33,096 nt of DNA, from the IMG/VR virus record IMGVR_UViG_3300025671_000259, positions 1-33,096 of that record; one strand, written 5' to 3'. This document shows, piece by piece, positions 1 through 7,363 of the stretch. The notes beneath the pieces are model-generated. The model saw only the letters and a program-made list of their open reading frames with translations. It ran no database searches and was not told where the DNA came from. This DNA is from a virus (Duplodnaviria > Caudoviricetes). Both the position numbers and the translations under genes were made by a program. Numbering within the stretch: position 1 is the first letter of the stretch; each line of letters starts with the position of its first letter.

Positions 1-19
1 GTCTACATAGGAGGACACC

Positions 20-112
20 ATGAAATCATCAGCAACTAAGAACCGTGCCTTTGGCACCGTCGTCGCAGGCGCAGCAAAAGCGAAGAAGGGCAAGAAGCAG
101 AAACGCAAATGA
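20..112 (+). CDS. Small basic protein, 30 aa (MKSSATKNRAFGTVVAGAAKAKKGKKQKRK)
   Basis: GGAGG SD at 10-14, ATG at 20, stop overlaps next ATG (ATGA 109-112); below the ORF-track cutoff. Confidence 0.7.
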   Translation: MKSSATKNRAFGTVVAGAAKAKKGKKQKRK

Positions 113-369
113 AGCCAGCCAGTAAGATCAAAGCCATCGACGGTCTTACGAAATCGCAAGGTTGGCGCGTACTGCGCGAGGTAATGGAGCAAGAAATTCT
201 GCAAGCAGCAATGCAAATCGCAGAAACCCCTTCCATGCCACTCGATGAAATAAACTTCAGACGCGGTTCCATATGGGCCGCCAAAACAATGTTGGAGTTA
301 CCCGAACGTCTGCGCATGAAACTCGAAGCCGAAGCTGTACTCAGCAAGGACGACAGCCCAGACATCTAG
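109..369 (+). CDS. Hypothetical phage protein upstream of scaffold (86 aa)
   Basis: Coupled start; helical protein with GW..L and RG motifs like small genes found between portal and scaffold. Confidence 0.8.
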   Translation: MKPASKIKAIDGLTKSQGWRVLREVMEQEILQAAMQIAETPSMPLDEINFRRGSIWAAKTMLELPERLRMKLEAEAVLSKDDSPDI

Positions 370-379
370 CGTGCATACT
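346..379 (+). promoter_or_regulatory. Putative late promoter AAGGACGAC-N19-CATACT
   Basis: Copy of repeated motif; upstream of scaffold gene. Confidence 0.7.
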
Positions 380-397
380 CGCAACATTAACGCAAAC

Positions 398-417
398 CGT
401 CCCGCTTCGGCTGGACA
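398..417 (+). promoter_or_regulatory. Leader RNA hairpin GUCC-C-GC-UUCG-GC-U-GGAC abutting the scaffold SD
   Basis: 16/20 identical to 1567-1586; SD AAGGAG at 418-423. Confidence 0.6.
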
Positions 418-429
418 AAGGAGATAGAA

Positions 430-1464
430 ATGGCAACACCGCAATCACCCGACCAGATGGCCGCAATGGTAGACAACATCGCCGCCAAGCAGATGGGGGT
501 CGCTCCGCAGCAAGCCGAGCAAACACAGCAAGCCAAAGAACCACCCAAAGAAAGCCCTCAAGAAAAGGCAGCAGAACAAGGCTCGCCTGAAACAGAAGGC
601 GATAAAATAGGCGCAGACGCCGTCATTTATGAGGTTCAGTTCGCAGACAACGACACTCGCAAGCTGACCCCGCAACAAATTAAATCGACATTCGAACGCT
701 ACAGCGCGATGAACTACAAGAACGCGCAGTACAAACCCATCATGGACTTGCTTGAGCAGCACATGCGCCAGTCTGGCGAAAGCCCCAAGCAGATGGCTGA
801 ACGTCTGGCTTCTATCCAGAAAGCCCAGCAGTCCAACCCGCAGATGGGCAACACAGAGGGCGATAAATCTGGCCCTCCCTACGACAAAGCTCCACAGCAA
901 GGCGACCTAGACGCGACCCTGAAGAAGTGGGAAGAAGAGAACGCAGCGTCTCTACCCCCTGGATACCGCGACATGATGGTCGGCAGCCAGCAGCAGATGC
1001 AAACAATGCAGCAGCAACTGGCTCAAACTCAACAGATGCTTCGCCAAGTCTTGGGCAATGCACAAGGTATGACGGACGCCGCACGCGCTGGCATGCAGCA
1101 GGGCCAAGCAAAGCAAGCAAACGCAGTGCGCCAACAAATCGCAAACAACATTGACCGCAGCCAGCAAGCTCTCAAGCTCCCAGACGACAAGGCGCAAGAC
1201 TTCATGGTCTTCGCAGCAGAGCGTGGCTACACAATGGAAGACTTTGCAGACGTCCAGCTAACTTTTAAAGTTATGTCAGACTTCAAAAACAACATGGACA
1301 GCCCAGAGATGGAACGCATGCGCCAGATTGCCCAGCGCAGACAAGCCTTCACTGGCTCTCTTGGCTCAACTCCAGCGGCAGGTGCGGCACCAGAGGCAGC
1401 ACCAGAGGGCGACCGCTTCGATCAATTCGCTTCTGCCGCTATGGCGAAGCGCGGGATGGGATAA
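430..1464 (+). CDS. Capsid scaffolding protein (putative)
   Basis: Directly upstream of MCP; Q/E/A-rich coiled-coil protein with low-complexity N-terminus; AAGGAG SD. Confidence 0.8.
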   Translation: MATPQSPDQMAAMVDNIAAKQMGVAPQQAEQTQQAKEPPKESPQEKAAEQGSPETEGDKIGADAVIYEVQFADNDTRKLTPQQIKSTFERYSAMNYKNAQYKPIMDLLEQHMRQSGESPKQMAERLASIQKAQQSNPQMGNTEGDKSGPPYDKAPQQGDLDATLKKWEEENAASLPPGYRDMMVGSQQQMQTMQQQLAQTQQMLRQVLGNAQGMTDAARAGMQQGQAKQANAVRQQIANNIDRSQQALKLPDDKAQDFMVFAAERGYTMEDFADVQLTFKVMSDFKNNMDSPEMERMRQIAQRRQAFTGSLGSTPAAGAAPEAAPEGDRFDQFASAAMAKRGMG

Positions 1465-1489
1465 TTTACCTCGTATTCTCCCTGACACT

Positions 1490-1515
1490 GCACCGCTTCG
1501 GCGGTGCTTTTTTTT
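1490..1515 (+). terminator. Intrinsic terminator after scaffold gene
   Basis: GCACCGC-TTCG-GCGGTGC perfect 7-bp stem followed by T8. Confidence 0.9.
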
Positions 1516-1518
1516 GAT

Positions 1519-1551
1519 AGGGACGAAAAACTTAAAACAACCGTCTACAAT
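1519..1551 (+). promoter_or_regulatory. Putative late promoter AGGGACGAA-N18-TACAAT for MCP
   Basis: Motif copy immediately after terminator; near-consensus -10 at 1546-1551. Confidence 0.7.
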
Positions 1552-1566
1552 CACATCAATGCCACA

Positions 1567-1586
1567 CGTCGCGCTACGGCCTGACA
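1567..1586 (+). promoter_or_regulatory. Leader RNA hairpin GUCG-C-GC-UACG-GC-C-UGAC in MCP 5' UTR
   Basis: Second copy of 398-417; C-G pair replaced by G-U, UNCG loop kept. Confidence 0.6.
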
Positions 1587-1669
1587 GGCAGCACTGGGCA
1601 TCGCGATGGTTTTGACCGCGTAGCTCGCTGAACCGCTAAATGTAACCAGCCTTATAAGGAGACACTCTC

Positions 1670-2866
1670 ATGGCTGCTATCCAAGGACTTCGCGGATCAG
1701 GCGAGTTTTCGACTGATTTCCGCCCCAAGAACTACCGTGAGCTTTTCACGCTTATGGAACCAAACGGCAACGCGCCACTGAACGCACTTTTGGCAATGGG
1801 ATCATCTGAACCTACAGACGACCCTGAGTACAAAAACTTCCGTGACGAACTGCCTGACCGCAAAATGACTGTGAACGGTGCTGTCGCTTCGACATCTACT
1901 GGCACAATCACTATCGACGCGTCTGACGACAACAAGTTTGCTGTCAACGGATCAATCGTCGTGAACAGCGAAACTGGCGAAGTAATGCACGTTACTGCTG
2001 ACACTACAGCGACCACGCTGACTGTCACCCGTAACATCGGCGGCACTACGCACCAAATCGCTGACAACGCGGAATTGTTCATCGCTGGCTTCGCCGCACA
2101 GGAAGGTGGCTCATCGCCAACTGCAATCAGCTTCGACGCAACAGTTGCATCGAACTACACGCAAATCTTCCGTACAGCGTTCCAAGTATCGAACACTCTA
2201 AACTCAACCTTCTTGCGCACTGGCGACAAGATGGACGAAGCAATGACCAAAGCTCTAAAGCTACACATGTCAGACATCGAACGTGCGATGTTCTTCGGCG
2301 TGAAGCACGAGAGCAACGGTTCTTCTGCGCAACCAACTCGCTTTACTGGCGGTTTGTTGAACAGCTTGACTAACGTCGTCGACATCACCACAGACTACGG
2401 CTCTTATGGCGGTTCTGCGGCTGGCGAGATGACTGAAGAAGGCTTCGACCAGCTTCTGATTTCAACCATCTTCAAGTATGGTTCTAAGCAGAAGATCGCT
2501 TTCGTAGGCGAGAACGTAGCGAACCATCTACAACAGATGGGTAAAGATCGCTGGCAACCAACTGCACTAGAAGGTGCGTATGGCGTGAACCTAACTCGCT
2601 ATAACACTTTCGCAGGCGACCTAATGGTTCACTTGCACCCGCAGTTCCGTCAGGTTCCAAATATGAAGAACGCGATGATTATCGTCGACTTCCCATATTT
2701 GACATATCGCTACCTAGAAGGTCGTGACACACAACTGTTGGAAAACCGTCAGTCACCTGACGCCGACAGCGTCAAGCACGAGTACCTAACTGAATGTGGC
2801 CTTGAGCTTCTTCAGGACAAAGTACACGGCTATATCAAAAACTGGAGTACACGCACTGCATCGTAA
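1670..2866 (+). CDS. Major capsid protein (SU10/DUF5309-like, HK97 fold, with inserted beta-rich domain)
   Basis: 398 aa; motifs NYTQIF, KLHMSDIERAMFFG, TRFTGG, EYLTECGLE; AAGGAG SD; flanked by scaffold and terminator. Confidence 0.9.
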   Translation: MAAIQGLRGSGEFSTDFRPKNYRELFTLMEPNGNAPLNALLAMGSSEPTDDPEYKNFRDELPDRKMTVNGAVASTSTGTITIDASDDNKFAVNGSIVVNSETGEVMHVTADTTATTLTVTRNIGGTTHQIADNAELFIAGFAAQEGGSSPTAISFDATVASNYTQIFRTAFQVSNTLNSTFLRTGDKMDEAMTKALKLHMSDIERAMFFGVKHESNGSSAQPTRFTGGLLNSLTNVVDITTDYGSYGGSAAGEMTEEGFDQLLISTIFKYGSKQKIAFVGENVANHLQQMGKDRWQPTALEGAYGVNLTRYNTFAGDLMVHLHPQFRQVPNMKNAMIIVDFPYLTYRYLEGRDTQLLENRQSPDADSVKHEYLTECGLELLQDKVHGYIKNWSTRTAS

Positions 2867-2897
2867 GGACGACCGCAGTCAACAAGTAGTTCATTAT
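2865..2897 (+). promoter_or_regulatory. Putative late promoter AAGGACGAC-N18-CATTAT
   Basis: Motif begins in MCP stop codon; -10 overlaps left arm of terminator. Confidence 0.7.
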
Positions 2898-2926
2898 AGG
2901 GGGCGTAGACACGCCCCCTATTTTTT
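2896..2926 (+). terminator. Intrinsic terminator after MCP
   Basis: ATAGGGGGCGT-AGAC-ACGCCCCCTAT 11-bp stem plus T run. Confidence 0.85.
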
Positions 2927-2935
2927 GGAGGAAAC

Positions 2936-3289
2936 ATGGCAACTGCACCTAAAAAACCAACCGCCAAAGCAGCACCCAAGCGCACCCGCGCACGCACTGC
3001 TGATGGCCACTTCATCGCTGACGATCCATCCACACCAGACGTGAATGAGGCTTACGTTCAAGAAGAGCCAAAAGCCAAAGCAGCACCAAAGCCAAAAGCA
3101 GAACCTGAACCAGACCACATCTGGTATCAGTCTCGCGAGAAAGAGCCATCAATGTTTGCGGTGGCTGGCATCAATCCAATCCGCAACTTCAGCAATGGTC
3201 GGCTTGAGTACAAAGTGAAGAAAAGCGATGTGGCTCGTTTCGAAGCCAACCACTTCGTTCAGAACGCCCGTATCGTCAAGAAGGTATAA
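2936..3289 (+). CDS. Hypothetical virion-module protein with K/A/P-rich N-terminus and RARTADGHFIADDPSTPDVNEAY motif
   Basis: GGAGG SD; position after MCP. Confidence 0.8.
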   Translation: MATAPKKPTAKAAPKRTRARTADGHFIADDPSTPDVNEAYVQEEPKAKAAPKPKAEPEPDHIWYQSREKEPSMFAVAGINPIRNFSNGRLEYKVKKSDVARFEANHFVQNARIVKKV

Positions 3290-3292
3290 CCT

Positions 3293-3754
3293 ATGGCACA
3301 GAGCAACACCAACCCCCACATCCGCGAAACGAACGCGCCACTAAACGCATTGGCCATGCAGGCTTTGCGACGCTATGGCGACTTCCATGCTGGCACAGTG
3401 GACGGTGACGTAATGCTCATGTTCATTGAATTTGCCAACATGATTATCGACGAGATACGCATGCACCCCTACTACGACGGTGTGGAAGTTGACTACTATC
3501 AGTCTCCCACAGACGTCAGAGCCATCAATGACCAGATCGTCGTGGCAGGTTTGCTGTATCACTATGCCGCTCAACAGATGAGCGACAAGCTACAAATCTA
3601 TACGCCTCAATTCCAGCGCATCCTGAATGCTCGGATGTGGGAGCAATACAACGGCAACACCAAACTTCAGATGCGTACTGTCGATGGTGGCACTAACAAG
3701 CGCAACATCAACGGTGGCACAACCAACACCAAGAACGGGACGGTTAGCTACTAA
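3293..3754 (+). CDS. Head-tail adaptor / tail tubular protein A-like (putative)
   Basis: 153 aa, helical; ALRRYG start and GLLYHYA motif; position before nozzle-like gene. Confidence 0.6.
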   Translation: MAQSNTNPHIRETNAPLNALAMQALRRYGDFHAGTVDGDVMLMFIEFANMIIDEIRMHPYYDGVEVDYYQSPTDVRAINDQIVVAGLLYHYAAQQMSDKLQIYTPQFQRILNARMWEQYNGNTKLQMRTVDGGTNKRNINGGTTNTKNGTVSY

Positions 3755-5265
3755 TGTCGAGCAACACACGTTCAACCACTGGCCTCAAGACCAAGACGTT
3801 CGTTTACGAGAACTTCCAAGGTCTCGACACGTCGCGCGACATCACATCGCTCGACACTGGCAAGGAACAGCATCTTTCCAAGATCAACAACGCGACCGCA
3901 GACTGGCGTGGCCAGATTGTGCGTGACGCATCTTGCCTCCAGCGTGGCGGTGAGTATCGGGTACAGCACGTCCGTTTCTTTGGTAAAGACGAATTGGTCT
4001 GGGTGGAACGCACGGGTGCTGGCATTAACTTTAACTCAGAGCGTGGCCACGTCTTGGAGAATGTCCATGAGGCCACAGCTATCGTAACCAGTACCGTCTT
4101 CAACCAGAATGTGGTCTTCGCTTCTCGCGCGAGACCGATGTATTCTTACGACGGCATCAACTTTAATCGCAACCAATCGCCAGCAGCAGACCTGCTGCGC
4201 CCTGCATACATCACGTCTGTACAGCGACGTCTTGCGGTTGCAGGCATCCCAGGTCGCGAGACCCAAGTCCACCTTTCTCGCGTCGACCAAGACCAAATCT
4301 TTCCAGACGACGAGGAAGCAGACAGCACAAGCGTCTTACGCGCTGGCTTTATCGACGTCGCAAACCTTCTAGGTACTGCCGACCAGATCACTGGCCTTGG
4401 CTCATTCGAACAAAACCGCCTTGTCGTTTTCACGGCTGACCGCGCTATCATCTATCGTGTCGACCCAGACCTAACGCGCTGGGTGATCGACGATAACGCC
4501 AACATCAACATTGGCTGCGCATCTCACAACACTATCGTAAACGCTGGCACCGACCTTCTGTTCTGCTCACGCTCTGGCGTCCATTCAATCAAACGCTCAG
4601 AGGAAAACGGTATCCTCGTTTACAGCTATTCGATGTCCGACAAGATCGACATCCTCTACCGCGAACTGTTCAACTCTGTCGCTGACCCTGAAACAATCAG
4701 TGCGGTGTTCGATCAGGACACAGCGCAATATCACGTCTTTTTCCCGCAGGGTAGCGGCACCACATGTAAGCGCCTGACCCTTGCAACCAATCCAGAGGGC
4801 GGACAGCCCCAGCCAAAGTTCAGCACTGGCGATTTCCTCAACGCAAACTGCGGTACATTCCTTGGCGGCAAGCTCGTCTTAGGAACAAACGGTGGCGCAT
4901 ACGAAGTTCTCAAGATTGAAGACGACCGTGATGATGCGTTTACCCCTGAAATGGAAGTCGTCACACCGTTCCTTTGGCACGGCAGCTTGATGGATACAAA
5001 GGAAACGACAAGCGTCATCTTGCAGGCAACTGGCAAGGGCATCATTGAGATGGACGCGGTCGACTTAGATGGGCGTGTAATTGGCTCACTTGTCATCGAG
5101 GTAGATGACACATCGGACGACAACTACTTTCTCGATGTGCCATTATCCAAACAATATGAACGCAAGTGGTCACATCGCTATCTCGCAGCCCAATATCGCT
5201 TCAAGACCAAGGGCGGTGGCGGGCTACTTAGGATAATTGGCTTCGCAGTGACCGTGAGGACGTAA
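3754..5265 (+). CDS. Tail nozzle / tubular protein B / head-stabilisation-like beta-propeller
   Basis: 503 aa, beta-rich; NFQGLD at N-terminus, NIGCASHNTIV and LLFCSRSGVHS motifs typical of podovirus nozzle proteins. Confidence 0.7.
   Translation: MSSNTRSTTGLKTKTFVYENFQGLDTSRDITSLDTGKEQHLSKINNATADWRGQIVRDASCLQRGGEYRVQHVRFFGKDELVWVERTGAGINFNSERGHVLENVHEATAIVTSTVFNQNVVFASRARPMYSYDGINFNRNQSPAADLLRPAYITSVQRRLAVAGIPGRETQVHLSRVDQDQIFPDDEEADSTSVLRAGFIDVANLLGTADQITGLGSFEQNRLVVFTADRAIIYRVDPDLTRWVIDDNANINIGCASHNTIVNAGTDLLFCSRSGVHSIKRSEENGILVYSYSMSDKIDILYRELFNSVADPETISAVFDQDTAQYHVFFPQGSGTTCKRLTLATNPEGGQPQPKFSTGDFLNANCGTFLGGKLVLGTNGGAYEVLKIEDDRDDAFTPEMEVVTPFLWHGSLMDTKETTSVILQATGKGIIEMDAVDLDGRVIGSLVIEVDDTSDDNYFLDVPLSKQYERKWSHRYLAAQYRFKTKGGGGLLRIIGFAVTVRT
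5115..5146 (+). promoter_or_regulatory. Putative intragenic late promoter GGACGAC-N19-CATTAT for tail fibre gene
   Basis: Exact motif and spacing, about 120 nt upstream of ATG 5267, inside nozzle CDS. Confidence 0.55.
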
Positions 5266-5266
5266 A

Positions 5267-6826
5267 ATGGCTCGAATAAGACAACAATACCCACAGAACT
5301 ACGGTTCATCGGGAAACATCAATACTGAATTTGAAAATGTAATTCGGTATCTAAACGCAGCAGAACTCGGCAACAGTACCGTTGGCGAATTGCTGCAAAA
5401 GATTTTTGATGCAGACGGCAACTTCGATGGCCCCATCGAACTACGCAAGGACAGCGCAGCTGGCATTCAGTACCGCGTCGGAGAGTACACCGACCCTGAA
5501 AGTGGGTGGGTAACTCTAGCCACTCTGGCTGAACTGCGAGGCGAAAGCGGCCAAGACGTTGGTGAGATCGGTGCGCCTATTATTTTTGGCCGTGTCGACT
5601 ACACAGCAACCTCTGCACAGACAGACTTTGACTACGCTCACGAAACAACTGACGAAATCCTCGTCTACGTCGACGGTGTCTTGCAGCGCGAAGGCGCGAC
5701 ACACGACTATACAACAAGCGATACTGGCGGATCAGCATCTGCTGGCGTCGTCACGTTCAACTCTGGCCGCACGGCAGGTGAGATTGTAGCGCTGTTTAAA
5801 ATTCGAGCCACAGCGATTACAGGCTACACCCGCACAGATGCGGACACAGTGAACGCGCAGGCCGTGTTCCCCTTCGTATTTAATGAAGACACCAAGCTGC
5901 AAGTTTACAAGAACGGCATCCTTCAGCGCGAAGGTGGTGCGAACGACTACACGCTACAGCCAGCGAACAATACGGTCACATTCACAACGGCTGTTCCTTC
6001 TGGCAACGTGGTCACAATCCTAACCGTTGAAAACACCTCGGTCCAAGCCGTTACTGGCATGATGTTCGAGGAAAACTATGTCGACACTGCCTCTGGCTTG
6101 ATCCGCTTTGACAAGATCACAATCGCCAATGGCGACATTGCTCAAGCGAAAGTCAGCGATCTTGTTACAGACCTTGGCTCAAAGGCAAAACTGACTGTTT
6201 CGTCATCCACTCCAGTCACCGTGGCAACGGGCGATTTGTGGCACGACACATCGGTAACGCCGAACCAACTTAAATTCTACGACGGCACACAATGGCTGCG
6301 CACGTCTCCAGACAGTTCTCTCCCTACCTTTACGACATCAAACTCAGGGCAGTTTGTGAAGGTGAACGGCACTGGTACGGCGCTTGAGTATGGCACGGTC
6401 GATCTCTCCTCGGTCGTCCCTGTCACACAAAAAGGCGCAGCCAATGGCGTCGCGTCATTAGATAGTTCTGGTCGACTACCTTCCTCCCAGTTACCAGAAG
6501 TGCTTTCATCAGATAGCTTGTATCTAAATGTCGCGACGCCTTCCGCTCAAAACTATGCGATCAAACGCATCTACCGCCAAAAACTGCGGGTCGATGGTAT
6601 CTCCATCCAGACCACGTCTGGCACATGTACCGTTCAAATCTCATTTGACGGCGTGGGCTATGGCTCAACATTCAGCGCCTCATCCGTCGTGAACGAAAGT
6701 GTTCTTGGTACACCACTAGAAATCGACGCAACCACTGTCTCTCACGAGATTGGCTTCCTTGTCACTAACGTCTCATCGACGTCGCAACTTGAAGTCACGC
6801 TCGCGGTCAGTGTGGTTGCGAGCTAG
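5267..6826 (+). CDS. Tail fibre/spike protein
   Basis: T/S/G-rich; two tandem VY.[DN]G.LQREG...DYT..VTF domains; GDLWHDT..LKFYDGTQW; KGAANGVASLDSSGRLP motif. Confidence 0.8.
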   Translation: MARIRQQYPQNYGSSGNINTEFENVIRYLNAAELGNSTVGELLQKIFDADGNFDGPIELRKDSAAGIQYRVGEYTDPESGWVTLATLAELRGESGQDVGEIGAPIIFGRVDYTATSAQTDFDYAHETTDEILVYVDGVLQREGATHDYTTSDTGGSASAGVVTFNSGRTAGEIVALFKIRATAITGYTRTDADTVNAQAVFPFVFNEDTKLQVYKNGILQREGGANDYTLQPANNTVTFTTAVPSGNVVTILTVENTSVQAVTGMMFEENYVDTASGLIRFDKITIANGDIAQAKVSDLVTDLGSKAKLTVSSSTPVTVATGDLWHDTSVTPNQLKFYDGTQWLRTSPDSSLPTFTTSNSGQFVKVNGTGTALEYGTVDLSSVVPVTQKGAANGVASLDSSGRLPSSQLPEVLSSDSLYLNVATPSAQNYAIKRIYRQKLRVDGISIQTTSGTCTVQISFDGVGYGSTFSASSVVNESVLGTPLEIDATTVSHEIGFLVTNVSSTSQLEVTLAVSVVAS

Positions 6827-6835
6827 GAGTAGTCT

Positions 6836-7363
6836 ATGGGGCAGCAGCTTGTCGCACCATCAAACACAAAGGCAGAGGTAGAGCTTCGCGAGAAGGTCTC
6901 TCTGCTTGAACGCTTGATGCAAGACGGCATCGAGGCAGGCGAACTACAAGACGCGTCTGGCACTCACATGGAATACGAACACATCTTCACACCAAAGTAC
7001 GATGAGTTCGGCTGCCACAACTACATTCGTGTCTTGCACATGGACGCTGGCCAAGTGGTCGTTGGGGAAATCCACAAAATCCCGATGATCCACATCATTA
7101 TGAAGGGGCGCGTTCGTTGCGCCACAGAGAAAGGCACAAAGGTTTTTTCTGCTCCTTCGATCTTCGTCACCCCTGCTGGCGGCAAACGCTGCGGCGTGGT
7201 TGAGGAAGATTGCATCTGGGTAAATGTCTTACCCACAAAACACGGAAGCGAAGAGGACTTAGACCTCATCAAAGCCGAAGCTATCGCCAAATCTTTTGAT
7301 GAGGTTGGCCTAGTCGGTTCCTCTTCCGAATTGAAGAAGCTGGAAGAGGAGAAGGGCAAATGA
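6836..7363 (+). CDS. Cupin-fold protein
   Basis: HIFTP..YIRVLHMDAGQVVVGEIHK..IIMKGRV..APSIFVTPAGGKR..EEDCIW pattern; AGGAG SD. Confidence 0.7.
   Translation: MGQQLVAPSNTKAEVELREKVSLLERLMQDGIEAGELQDASGTHMEYEHIFTPKYDEFGCHNYIRVLHMDAGQVVVGEIHKIPMIHIIMKGRVRCATEKGTKVFSAPSIFVTPAGGKRCGVVEEDCIWVNVLPTKHGSEEDLDLIKAEAIAKSFDEVGLVGSSSELKKLEEEKGK

Noticed and set aside
2830-2866. Programmed frameshift extending the capsid protein
   Set aside because: C-AAA-AAC is not a full X-XXY-YYZ heptamer and a terminator follows directly
5267-6826. Diversity-generating retroelement target in the tail fibre
   Set aside because: No reverse transcriptase and no template/variable repeat pair seen
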